Shown here one piece after another: positions 18,452 to 25,802 of a stretch of 32,000 bases of DNA. Source of the DNA: Thermodesulfobacteriota bacterium. GTDB lineage: Bacteria; Desulfobacterota; WTBG01; JAGOGO01. Under the pieces are notes generated by a model. That model did no database searches and was not told the origin of the DNA. It saw only the letters and a program-made list of their open reading frames with translations. The stretch lies in contig CP113000.1 of assembly GCA_026625185.1 (NCBI GenBank), forward strand, positions 433,541 to 465,540, in the 5' to 3' direction. A program made the position numbers and the translations under genes. The first letter of the stretch is position 1; every line of letters starts with the position of its first letter.

Positions 18452-18544
18452 GGTTTCCCTGTTGTCGTGAGTGGTGTCGTTGGTCTTCTCCGGATTGTGA
18501 ACCTGACTCACGTTTTTGTTGTCCCTATTTTTCCTATTTTTTTC

Positions 18545-18745
18545 TTATCGGTATCGGGGCTTGACCTCCTTGATCGACAATTGGTTTCTGACGCTCTTCA
18601 CTCCGTTAACAGCGGAGACGAGTTGAATGACCCTTTCCATATCGGCCGTACTGCCCACTTTGCCGGACAGTGTGACGATGCCTTCTTCCGTCTGGGTGTT
18701 GATGCGGCGCTCGCTCGTCGGAAACTGATCTCGCTGAATCTGTTT
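18545..18745 (-). other. BON-domain coding segment in frame with, and directly after, the TAG that ends the upstream 608 aa ORF
   Basis: My translation after TAG (18748..18746): KQIQRDQFPTSERRINTQTEEGIVTLSGKVGSTADMERVIQLVSAVNGVKSVRNQLSIKEVKPRYR*. There is no start codon before the domain begins. Confidence 0.6.
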
Positions 18746-19283
18746 CTATTGCTCTAGTTCTGGTTGCTGATCGCTCTGAATCTGTTTCTGTCGCTCCAGT
18801 CTTCGTTCCTCCAGCTCCTGTTGCTCTCGTTCTTTTTGCTGATCTCGTTGAATCTGTTTCTGTTGCTCTATCTTCTGCTGCTCCAGTTTTTGTCGCTCTA
18901 GTTTTTGCTGCTCCAGTTTTTGTTGCTCTAGTTTTTGCTGCTCCAGTTTTTGTTGCTGATCGCTCTGAATCTGTTTCTGTTGCTCCAGCTCCTGTTGCTC
19001 TCGTTTCTGTCGCTCCAGTTTCTGCTGCTCCAGTTTTTGTCGCTGATCGCTCTGAATCTGTTTCTGTTGCTCCAGCTCCTGTTGCTCTCGTTTTTGCTGC
19101 TGATCTCGCTGAAACTGTTTCTGCCGCTCCAGCTCATGTTGCTCTAGTTTCTGTCGCTCCAATTTCTGCTGCTCCAGTTTTTGTCGCTCTAGTTTTTGCT
19201 GCTCCAGTTTTTGTTGCTGATCGCTCTGAATCTGTTTCTGTTGCTCCAGCTCCTGTTGCTCTAGTTTCTGTTTCTGGTCTCGC
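18725..19283. repeat. Nested coding tandem repeat (15-nt QQKLE sub-unit; higher-order units marked by near-identical 49-nt blocks)
   Basis: GCTGATCGCTCTGAATCTGTTTCTGTTGCTCCAGCTCCTGTTGCTCT recurs at 18955, 19042 and 19216 (spacings 87 and 174 nt). A diverged copy lies at 18766. Confidence 0.85.
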
Positions 19284-20572
19284 TGGCCCTCAGGCCTCGC
19301 GTTCTGCTGTGGACGTTCGCCGCCGATGGTCGGATGTTGATCAACCGAATCCATTGGAATCCGACCCGCATCTTTCCCTGGTTCACCAATCCTGCCTTCT
19401 TTCTTGAGCTGTTCCGTTCGTTGTTTTGCAGTTTCCATATTTTGAATTCTTTTTTGTTCGCGTTTTTTTTGAACCTCGCGCGCCTGATCGATTACCTGAT
19501 CACTGGAATGAGTTTCAACACGGGGCGGGACGTTTTCCTGTTTGAATATCCTGCTAACGGGACCTTGGATTTTGGAATTGAGCCCTTTGAATTGCCTTTG
19601 TTCTTCCGCGAATGCCGGGGCGATGACCTGCCGGACTACCTCAGGACTCTGCCGCCGTATCCGTTCGACCGAAGCCCTTCCCGAAGGCACGACGACACGG
19701 ATGTTCTGTTTGTCCGTCCGGAGCTCCCTCACATCGACCGGGACCTGCTGAATCGGCTGCCGGGTGATTCTCTCCAAGACCCCCATTTCCATAGGCCGAT
19801 TCGATATTCTCACCGTTCGTTGGTCAAAGGCGTACCGGGTGTAGTCGGGGCCGAGATCGTAGTCGGCATAGTTATCTGTCCCGAAATGTGCGCCGTCAAT
19901 AAAAACCCAGAGATTGGTATTGATGGAGGCGTAGGAAGGGTTGTAGTACATATCCCGGGCCCGAGGATTGTAGTAAGGGCCGCCGTACCTGTAGGAACCG
20001 GATCCGTAATCGTTTCCGAAATCGTCGTCGTAATAACTGAATTGATTATTCCTTCCGGAGAACCTCAAATATCCCTGACGGTAGTCGTAGCCATCGGGAG
20101 GCATCGGCATCCATCCGATCGTGCCATAGCCGCGCGCCCAGGACACGCGGCCCGGATGCCAATCATAGCCCGGCACCCAGACCCACCCATAGCGGCGGGC
20201 GAAGATCCAGGAGCCGTAGTGATACCCGGCCCAGGCCCAGGGCTCATACCCTTCCCAATAGGGACCATACTTCGTGTAAATCCAATGACCGTAGGTGAAA
20301 GGACGCCAGCCATAAGAGGCATACGGCCGCCAAACCCGACCAAAGGGCTTTACCCTCACCCAGCGGCCATACTGGCTCATCATTTCATAGAAGTTAATCC
20401 GGGGAGGGGAATATCCGGGATCGCCCTGATAGGCATAGGGAAGATAGTCGTAATCCCCGACCGACAGGAAGAAATTATCCGTTCCAATTTGGAACGACAC
20501 GCCTGCACTCGCAGTTGCGGCGCCCGCAAAAACGAGGACGGAAATGAATGCTATCTTGAACCAAGTTTTCAT
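18746..20572 (-). CDS. Secreted W/Y/G-rich repeat protein (YxWGxW-like) with a long Q/K/L/E tandem-repeat tail
   Basis: AAGGAG SD then ATG 20572. Signal peptide MKTWFKIAFISVLVFAGAATASA. Aromatic repeats follow: GRWVRVKPFGRVWRPYASYGWRPFTYGHWIYTKYGPYWEGYEPWAWAGYHYGSWIFARRYGWVWVPGYDWHPGRVSW. The tail is (QQKLE)n / KQIQSDQ repeats. The track start at 20635 adds an unlikely 21 aa. Confidence 0.75.
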   Translation of the reverse strand: MKTWFKIAFISVLVFAGAATASAGVSFQIGTDNFFLSVGDYDYLPYAYQGDPGYSPPRINFYEMMSQYGRWVRVKPFGRVWRPYASYGWRPFTYGHWIYTKYGPYWEGYEPWAWAGYHYGSWIFARRYGWVWVPGYDWHPGRVSWARGYGTIGWMPMPPDGYDYRQGYLRFSGRNNQFSYYDDDFGNDYGSGSYRYGGPYYNPRARDMYYNPSYASINTNLWVFIDGAHFGTDNYADYDLGPDYTRYAFDQRTVRISNRPMEMGVLERITRQPIQQVPVDVRELRTDKQNIRVVVPSGRASVERIRRQSPEVVRQVIAPAFAEEQRQFKGLNSKIQGPVSRIFKQENVPPRVETHSSDQVIDQAREVQKKREQKRIQNMETAKQRTEQLKKEGRIGEPGKDAGRIPMDSVDQHPTIGGERPQQNARPEGQRDQKQKLEQQELEQQKQIQSDQQQKLEQQKLERQKLEQQKLERQKLEQHELERQKQFQRDQQQKREQQELEQQKQIQSDQRQKLEQQKLERQKREQQELEQQKQIQSDQQQKLEQQKLEQQKLEQQKLERQKLEQQKIEQQKQIQRDQQKEREQQELEERRLERQKQIQSDQQPELEQ

Positions 20573-20751
20573 AAACTTACTCCTTTTTTTGAAATAAATA
20601 ATAAAAAGCCATGCCTTAAAAAAATGGGTTAACACCGTATAAATTCTTTAAAGAACAACAAAACAAACACCTTACCAGGGAAGAAAGTGTCAACTTGAAA
20701 CTGACCCAAACTATGGGGTAAGGTCATCTCCGTAAATGGTTCAAATCGCTA

Positions 20752-20898
20752 CTATCCTCTTCGTTGCCGAAAAAGTCGGACAGCTAATACGACGATAGCG
20801 ATGGCCACCAGGATATGAAGGACTCCACCCATCGTGTAGCCACTCAACATTCCCAGACTTCACAAAACTAAGAGAATCACAAATATGGTCCAAAGCAT
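20752..20898 (-). pseudogene. lmo0937-like small membrane protein gene with an in-frame TGA at the conserved Trp codon
   Basis: AAAGGAG SD, ATG 20898: MLWTIFVILLVL-TGA-SLGMLSGYTMGGVLHILVAIAIVVLAVRLFRQRRG*. The intact paralogue reads MLWTIAVILIILWALGLVSSYTMGGFIHILLVIAIIVVVF. The TGA is at 20862..20860. Confidence 0.7.
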
Positions 20899-20945
20899 GG
20901 TCGACTCCTTTCTGAGAACAGAATGCCCCCATCCATTTCAATAAG

Positions 20946-23381
20946 CTATTTCATAAGAAACAATTCATCCATTAAATCTCCTCCATTCCCGCCGGGTGGC
21001 ACAGACATGGCGTTTTCCGAGATATCTGCGATCCGCGAAAGTAAAAAGCCCTGTGGCCAATCACCATTTAGACGACTCGAGCGTCCTGGCCATGGATCGA
21101 ATGCCCTGATTGCAGACACCCACCACTCCGGCAGGTCGGCGCTATCCGGCGAGTCGGCGCTCAAATAAGCGTTAATGCTCTGTTCCATTTGAGCCGGAAA
21201 CTTCGGCACCGGACCTACAAGATTTTCACGATACACTCTGAGCATGATTTCTTTGAATACCGGAAGCGCAACCCTGCTGCCGGTTTCTTTGGGCCCGAGG
21301 GAATGGTTGTCGTCAAAGCCTATCCGGACGGCGACAGTGATTCCTGTGGGACCGTAAGTCGAGCCCACGAAGAGCGCATCCCTGAACTCATTGGTCGTTC
21401 CCGTCTTTCCGATAACGGCGATCGGGAAACTGCTGGAGTCAAGTGCATGAGCCGTGCCGGTGGGCAGGCGAACGACACCGCGCAGGCCTTCCTGAATGAG
21501 CGAGAGCGCGGAGCCATCGATAGAGACTGGAGACTCGCCGTGTTCGTTATCAACCGCCACGTGGCCCGAATCGCGGACAATCTTCCGGATAACATACGGC
21601 TGGGCGAGGATGCCCGATGCTATGGTGCGGTACGCATTGGCAAGCTCCAGTAAATTCACTTCGGACGCGCCCAGTGCGGTCGTAGTGTATGGTTGCAACG
21701 TTGTCTTGACTCCTAAAATCTGCGACGTTCGCAGGACGTTGGCGATTCCGATTTGCTCTGTGATCCAAATCGCGACTGCGTTTCTGGATTCCGCAAGCGC
21801 TTCTCGAAGGGGGATCAAGCCTTTGAATTGTCCATCGTAGTTTGAGATACATTTCGTACTCTGCTTCCCTTCATCGGGAACGCTGATGGGCTCGTCGGGA
21901 ACCATGGTGTTAAGATCAAATGTTCCCTGCCGAAAAGCAGCGAGATAAACAATGGGTTTCATTGCGGACCCAGGTTGCCGCAGAGACTTCGTGACGCGGT
22001 TAAAGTCGCTGTATGAGGCGGAGCGGTCTGTGTAGAACTGACGGCCACCCGTCTCGGCGAGGACGCTTGCATCGCGGTTTCTCAGGACGACCACAGAGCC
22101 CTGCACCAGCCCCTTGGCCCTCGGGTGTCGCTTCTCATAAAGCTCGAGGCCGTGCTCCAGTGCCTCGTTCACAATTTCCTGCACCCGGGCGTCCACCGTC
22201 GAGTAAACTTGGATCCGTCCTTCCTGAAGGTCTTTAATGCTGAGGTCAGCACCGAGGCCTTTGAGCTCCTCAAGGACACTGTCAAAGTACGTGCCTGCCT
22301 GGAGCATTTTTCTCTTGTTCGGCGGGGCTACCGGAAGCGGGAGCTGCGCTGCTCTCTTCTCTTGGTCCACCGAAATAAAGCCGTTCGCTGCCATGAGCGC
22401 CAGAGTTTGATTTCTGCGGCGCAAGACTCTCCCGGTATCGCTCCCAGTAGGCGCGTAGTATCGAGGCGATTTTGCGATGCCTGCCAGCAGCGCTGCCTTG
22501 TCAGCATCATCTGCGGTGAGCGTGGCGAGGGGCCGGCCAAAGTAGTATTGCGACGCGGTCGCAAACCCGTAATGACCTTTACCCAGGTAAATGAAGCTTC
22601 CGTATCGGGCCAGGATTTCTTCCTTAGCGCGGCGTTTCGAACCAAACCGCGCCTGCATCTCTTTTTCGAACCACAGGGATAGTCGGATCTCCTCCAGCTT
22701 CCGAACGAACATGTTGGCGCTTCGCGCCCCGATCAGATAAGAAAGCGCGCGGGGTAAGAGTATGCCCTGGCAGAGCTGGTTGCGGTTTTCTTGAGCCGTC
22801 AGATTTTGGAAAGCCGTGAGGTTTTGGAGAAAATGAACTCTTACAAGCTGTTGCGTGATCGTTGATCCGCCTTGCGGGAAGATCACCCGACCATTCACCT
22901 CGCCTCGCCGTTCCAGTCTTATAAGGCGTGCCACCAGAGTTCCAATCCTGACTTTGCCCAGCGCGCGGAGAATTCCGGAATAGTCAACTCCGTTATGTGT
23001 AAAAAAGTTCTTGTCCTCGGCGGCGAGGATCGCATCACGAACAATGGGCGGGATGTCCTCATACGTGACGATCTGCCGGTACTCTCTTGCCAGCTCAATA
23101 AGCGACTGGCCGTTGGCATCGTAAATGTGGCCGATCGTAGGGAACGCAAAGCGGGTGATTGGTCCTATATCCGGCAGGTTGGTTCGGTCAAAATAGACGT
23201 GATGGAATCCGACTGCAACGAGAGCGGCCGCAATGAATGTTGTGGCAATGACCAGGTAAAGGACGCCCCTTTTCCAACGCAGTCTGCGGGGACTACGGAT
23301 TCTCCGAGCCCCCGACAGGTCACCCACCCGCATATGTCTGAACCAAATTTTAACGCAAATCGCCCAATTCATCACCGACAT
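20946..23381 (-). CDS. mrcA: Class A penicillin-binding protein (GT51 glycosyltransferase + transpeptidase), PBP1A family
   Basis: GT51 motifs: RDAILAAEDKNFFTHNGVDY, GGSTITQQLVR. Transpeptidase motifs: SAMKP (SxxK), SRN, KTGTT. N-terminal TM anchor. GGAGG lies 8 nt before ATG 23381. Confidence 0.9.
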   Translation of the reverse strand: MSVMNWAICVKIWFRHMRVGDLSGARRIRSPRRLRWKRGVLYLVIATTFIAAALVAVGFHHVYFDRTNLPDIGPITRFAFPTIGHIYDANGQSLIELAREYRQIVTYEDIPPIVRDAILAAEDKNFFTHNGVDYSGILRALGKVRIGTLVARLIRLERRGEVNGRVIFPQGGSTITQQLVRVHFLQNLTAFQNLTAQENRNQLCQGILLPRALSYLIGARSANMFVRKLEEIRLSLWFEKEMQARFGSKRRAKEEILARYGSFIYLGKGHYGFATASQYYFGRPLATLTADDADKAALLAGIAKSPRYYAPTGSDTGRVLRRRNQTLALMAANGFISVDQEKRAAQLPLPVAPPNKRKMLQAGTYFDSVLEELKGLGADLSIKDLQEGRIQVYSTVDARVQEIVNEALEHGLELYEKRHPRAKGLVQGSVVVLRNRDASVLAETGGRQFYTDRSASYSDFNRVTKSLRQPGSAMKPIVYLAAFRQGTFDLNTMVPDEPISVPDEGKQSTKCISNYDGQFKGLIPLREALAESRNAVAIWITEQIGIANVLRTSQILGVKTTLQPYTTTALGASEVNLLELANAYRTIASGILAQPYVIRKIVRDSGHVAVDNEHGESPVSIDGSALSLIQEGLRGVVRLPTGTAHALDSSSFPIAVIGKTGTTNEFRDALFVGSTYGPTGITVAVRIGFDDNHSLGPKETGSRVALPVFKEIMLRVYRENLVGPVPKFPAQMEQSINAYLSADSPDSADLPEWWVSAIRAFDPWPGRSSRLNGDWPQGFLLSRIADISENAMSVPPGGNGGDLMDELFLMK

Positions 23382-23629
23382 GGATAAGCCTCCGCCACGC
23401 TCGTTCCGTCTTCTCTTCTTTGATGTGAAAAAGGACTTGCACCTTCATCCTCATAACGCCACCATTCGCCTTGATCGCTTGGTGGCGAAAATTCTGAGGG
23501 ATTATCCCCCGCAGCTAATTCCGCAACTCTCTGTAACTCATGGACGAAATAACCGTCCTGATTTTTCGCCATCACTTCGGCCCACTTCTCTCCGAGGATT
23601 GCGATCTCAGACAGAGTCTCTCTTTGCAT
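23372..23629 (-). CDS. Hypothetical acidic protein, overlapping the PBP start by 10 nt
   Basis: 85 aa with an ATG start and a GAGGA SD-like sequence. No recognised family. Its 3' end carries the PBP SD. Confidence 0.4.
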   Translation of the reverse strand: MQRETLSEIAILGEKWAEVMAKNQDGYFVHELQRVAELAAGDNPSEFSPPSDQGEWWRYEDEGASPFSHQRREDGTSVAEAYPCR

Positions 23630-23759
23630 TTGCTCGTCCTCGACTCTCTCCGAAATCTTTTTGGTATGTTGCCTGGTTTTTCCTACTAATTTAATTTTCC
23701 ATTTCTTTTATGTAAATAAGTGACGTCAAACGTTAGACAAATGGGTCCAGCGTCTTTGC

Positions 23760-24047
23760 TCAAAACTTTGAGGCCGCGCTTTGGAAAGCTGCCTTGAATT
23801 CAGCCCAGGCCTTTTCCGCGCCTGTCTTCAGGTCATCCCATGCTTCATCGCCGGCGGTCTTCAGTTCGTGCAGTTTTACCCTGGCCTCATCTTCTTTGTG
23901 TTGCAACCCTTCGATGGTTTTGTAGTATTCAATCTTTGCCTCGGCCTTGGCATTGTCCGCTCTGGCCTTGAGCAAAGCGATCTGCGCATTCCATTCCTTC
24001 AACTGCGCATCGAGCTTCTCTTCGTATGCTTTTCGTTTGTCCGTCAT
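23760..24047 (-). CDS. Small coiled-coil protein (stress-associated type, unnamed family)
   Basis: MTDKRKAYEEKLDAQLKEWNAQIALLKARADNAKAEAKIEYYKTIEGLQHKEDEARVKLHELKTAGDEAWDDLKTGAEKAWAEFKAAFQSAASKF. Heptad-rich with no TM segment. Confidence 0.65.
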   Translation of the reverse strand: MTDKRKAYEEKLDAQLKEWNAQIALLKARADNAKAEAKIEYYKTIEGLQHKEDEARVKLHELKTAGDEAWDDLKTGAEKAWAEFKAAFQSAASKF

Positions 24048-24304
24048 AGCAAACTCCTCGTAGTTGAAATGTTTTGCCTTTGATCAGCCCTTTTTGCTTC
24101 ACATGACCAGCAATACATGAACAGCAATACAATGCCGGCCACGAGCGCGATCGCACCCACGATCGGGAGAAGCGCCTCAGACATCACCTGGATGGGGCCG
24201 AGATCGACGATTTTTTCTCTGGTCGTGTAGGTGATGCCCTGGAAAGCGAACGCCGTGATTCCGAGAGCGATTAGTATGATCGCAATTATGATCTTTGGTA
24301 TCAT
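24044..24304 (-). CDS. 2-TM small membrane protein, paralogue A (altered C-terminus)
   Basis: MIPKIIIAIILIALGITAFAFQGITYTTREKIVDLGPIQV...LLPIVGAIALVAGIVLL. AAGGGGAG SD. A 14-nt tandem duplication (24102-24115 / 24116-24129) shifts the frame of the last ~25 codons relative to paralogue B. Confidence 0.65.
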   Translation of the reverse strand: MIPKIIIAIILIALGITAFAFQGITYTTREKIVDLGPIQVMSEALLPIVGAIALVAGIVLLFMYCWSCEAKRADQRQNISTTRSLL

Positions 24305-24325
24305 CGAACTCCCCTTGTCTTAGCT

Positions 24326-24901
24326 TTAATCCTTGATCTTCGTGAACTTTGCTCCCTTCAGGGAAACGTCAACAATGAGGCCCTTGGCATCAAAAACAAA
24401 CGCTACGACCGCGTCCTTTAATGAAGTGGTGTCGAGCCGCTTTCCGCCGCCCACGTCAATAACCACCACGTTGGCGGTCACACCTGCTTCCCAGCCATCA
24501 ATATTCTTAAACTGATTGAGCGCCTCCTCGGTCATGAAGGCGATGATAATATCCATTTGTTCCGCGCCAAAGGTGAAACCGGCGGACCCGCCGATAAGAT
24601 TATAGTACCCCACTGTCTTTCCCCCAATTTGAAGTGCGCCCTGGCCGTAAGTCCCGCCGACAACGAACCCTGCCTTGGTAACCCCGGACATCACCAGCAG
24701 CGCTTTCGCGGAAGAGGTAAGTTCTTTGGCGCCGTTGACCTCTTTATAGAAGCGCTTCAACGTCTGGTTGGCGTCCGCGTCGATCTCAGCGGTTGTTTTC
24801 GCGAACGCATTGTAGGAAAACATGCCGAAGATAGCTATCGACAGACCGATAAAAAATAACCGTATTGTTTTATCCGAGTTTCTTTTTGCAAATGCTTTCA
24901 T
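24326..24901 (-). CDS. SYLF (Ysc84/DUF500) domain protein, secreted
   Basis: Signal-like N-terminus, then ALLVMSGVTKAGFVVGGTYGQGALQIGGKTVGYYNLIGGSAGFTFGAEQMDIIIAFMTEEALNQF...WEAGVTANVVVIDVGGG...AFVFDAKGLIVDVSLKGAKFTKI. Confidence 0.8.
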   Translation of the reverse strand: MKAFAKRNSDKTIRLFFIGLSIAIFGMFSYNAFAKTTAEIDADANQTLKRFYKEVNGAKELTSSAKALLVMSGVTKAGFVVGGTYGQGALQIGGKTVGYYNLIGGSAGFTFGAEQMDIIIAFMTEEALNQFKNIDGWEAGVTANVVVIDVGGGKRLDTTSLKDAVVAFVFDAKGLIVDVSLKGAKFTKIKD

Positions 24902-25079
24902 AGTGTTTCTCCTTTAAGTAAAAATTGTTTGTTTTAAAAAAATGTTTATTTGAAAAATGAAAAGGATTGATTTTGGCCACTACTTCTTTATTTTAGTTGT
25001 CAAAAATGTAAACGCATCATTTTTAATATCCCCTTTGCTGCAATAGTCCCCGGGGCCATTTGAACAGTTTTGCCTTTGA

Positions 25080-25301
25080 TCAGCCCTTTTTACTTCCTAT
25101 GACCAGCACCACAATGCCGCCCACGAGCGCGATACCTCCCACAATCGGCGGAAGCGGAAGCGTTTTCGTCGTATCAGACGTCACCTGGATGGGGCCGAAA
25201 TCGACGATTTTCTCTCTGGTCGTGTAAGTGATGCCCTGATACGCGAAAGCGATGATTCCGATCACGATAAGGATGATGCCTGTCAACGTGTATGTTTTCA
25301 T
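25080..25301 (-). CDS. 2-TM small membrane protein, paralogue B (apparently intact, 73 aa)
   Basis: MKTYTLTGIILIVIGIIAFAYQGITYTTREKIVDFGPIQVTSDTTKTLPLPPIVGGIALVGGIVVLVIGSKKG. GAAGGAG SD. Confidence 0.7.
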   Translation of the reverse strand: MKTYTLTGIILIVIGIIAFAYQGITYTTREKIVDFGPIQVTSDTTKTLPLPPIVGGIALVGGIVVLVIGSKKG

Positions 25302-25349
25302 TTTGCTCCTTCTTTCTGGTTTTTAACCTGGCTTGATAAAAACTTTCCT

Positions 25350-25502
25350 TTATCCCAAAGGTTTTCTCCCCTGAATAATGTTGAACACCACCACGATAAT
25401 GGCAATCACCAGCAGGATGTGAATAAACCCTCCCATCGTGTAACTGCTCACCAGACCCAGCGCCCACAGAATTATCAGTATTACTGCAATCGTCCACAAC
25501 AT
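25350..25502 (-). CDS. lmo0937-like small membrane protein (50 aa, intact)
   Basis: My translation: MLWTIAVILIILWALGLVSSYTMGGFIHILLVIAIIVVVFNIIQGRKPLG*. AAGGAGA SD. Below the track cut-off. The 130 aa track ORF 25174..25566 is an overlapping artefact. Confidence 0.8.
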   Translation of the reverse strand: MLWTIAVILIILWALGLVSSYTMGGFIHILLVIAIIVVVFNIIQGRKPLG

Positions 25503-25596
25503 ATGATTCTCCTTTTAGTTTGCTATAGGCACACTGCCGGCTTACGCGCCTCTCGCCAGTCGGCAACGAGCCAGAGTCTATTGGACTCTTCGAAGC

Positions 25597-25797
25597 TCAT
25601 CTGGTTTTTACGCTTTTCACACCCTTTGCGCCGCTGACAAGTTTGCTGACTAATTTTTTTTCAGCTGCATTTTGGGCAGTGTCACTCAATTTAACCAGAT
25701 CACATTTGGCACCGAAAGGGGCGAGGCGATCCCCTTTGATAGATACGAGCCTCTTTATATAGTCGGGTGAACCTTTTATCATCCTACATTCTATCAT
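25597..25797 (-). CDS. Small protein with a BON-like C-terminal half
   Basis: 66 aa. ...CDLVKLSDTAQNAAEKKLVSKLVSGAKGVKSVKTR aligns with the BON pattern (G.V.LsG.v.....a..la..v.GVksV). It starts 5 nt after the stop of the W/Q-rich protein. Confidence 0.5.
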   Translation of the reverse strand: MIECRMIKGSPDYIKRLVSIKGDRLAPFGAKCDLVKLSDTAQNAAEKKLVSKLVSGAKGVKSVKTR

Positions 25798-25802
25798 TTT
25801 TA

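Noticed and set aside
18305-18757. 150 aa plus-strand ORF
   Set aside because: It covers the antisense of the BON segment and the GYFY micro-ORF region. It starts in an AT-rich spacer without an SD, and its hydrophobicity is a by-product of the complement of hydrophilic codons.
18725-19283. Regular short repeats considered as a possible CRISPR array
   Set aside because: The repeats are contiguous with no unique spacers and have a 15-nt period. They lie inside an open reading frame encoding QQKLE units. This is a coding tandem repeat.
19334-20632. 432 aa plus-strand ORF opposite the W/Y/G-rich protein gene
   Set aside because: The minus-strand gene has an SD, a signal peptide and coherent aromatic repeats. 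The plus-strand product is Pro/Arg/Ile/Gly-rich low-complexity sequence with no SD. It is an antisense shadow.
18746-20862. Alternative genetic code (TAG=Gln and/or TGA=Trp) as the explanation for the in-frame stops
   Set aside because: TGA and TAG clearly terminate other well-supported genes in the same window. Examples are the TGA stops of GNAT and sodB and the TAG stops of DUF3309 and of the lmo0937 pseudogene itself. The two lesions also involve different codons, so independent point mutations or read-through are simpler explanations.
25174-25566. 130 aa minus-strand ORF, and the analogous 66 aa ORF 20741..20941
   Set aside because: Both are alternative frames running across well-supported small genes that have good SDs (lmo0937-like and the 2-TM paralogue). 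Their sequences have no membrane or domain character.
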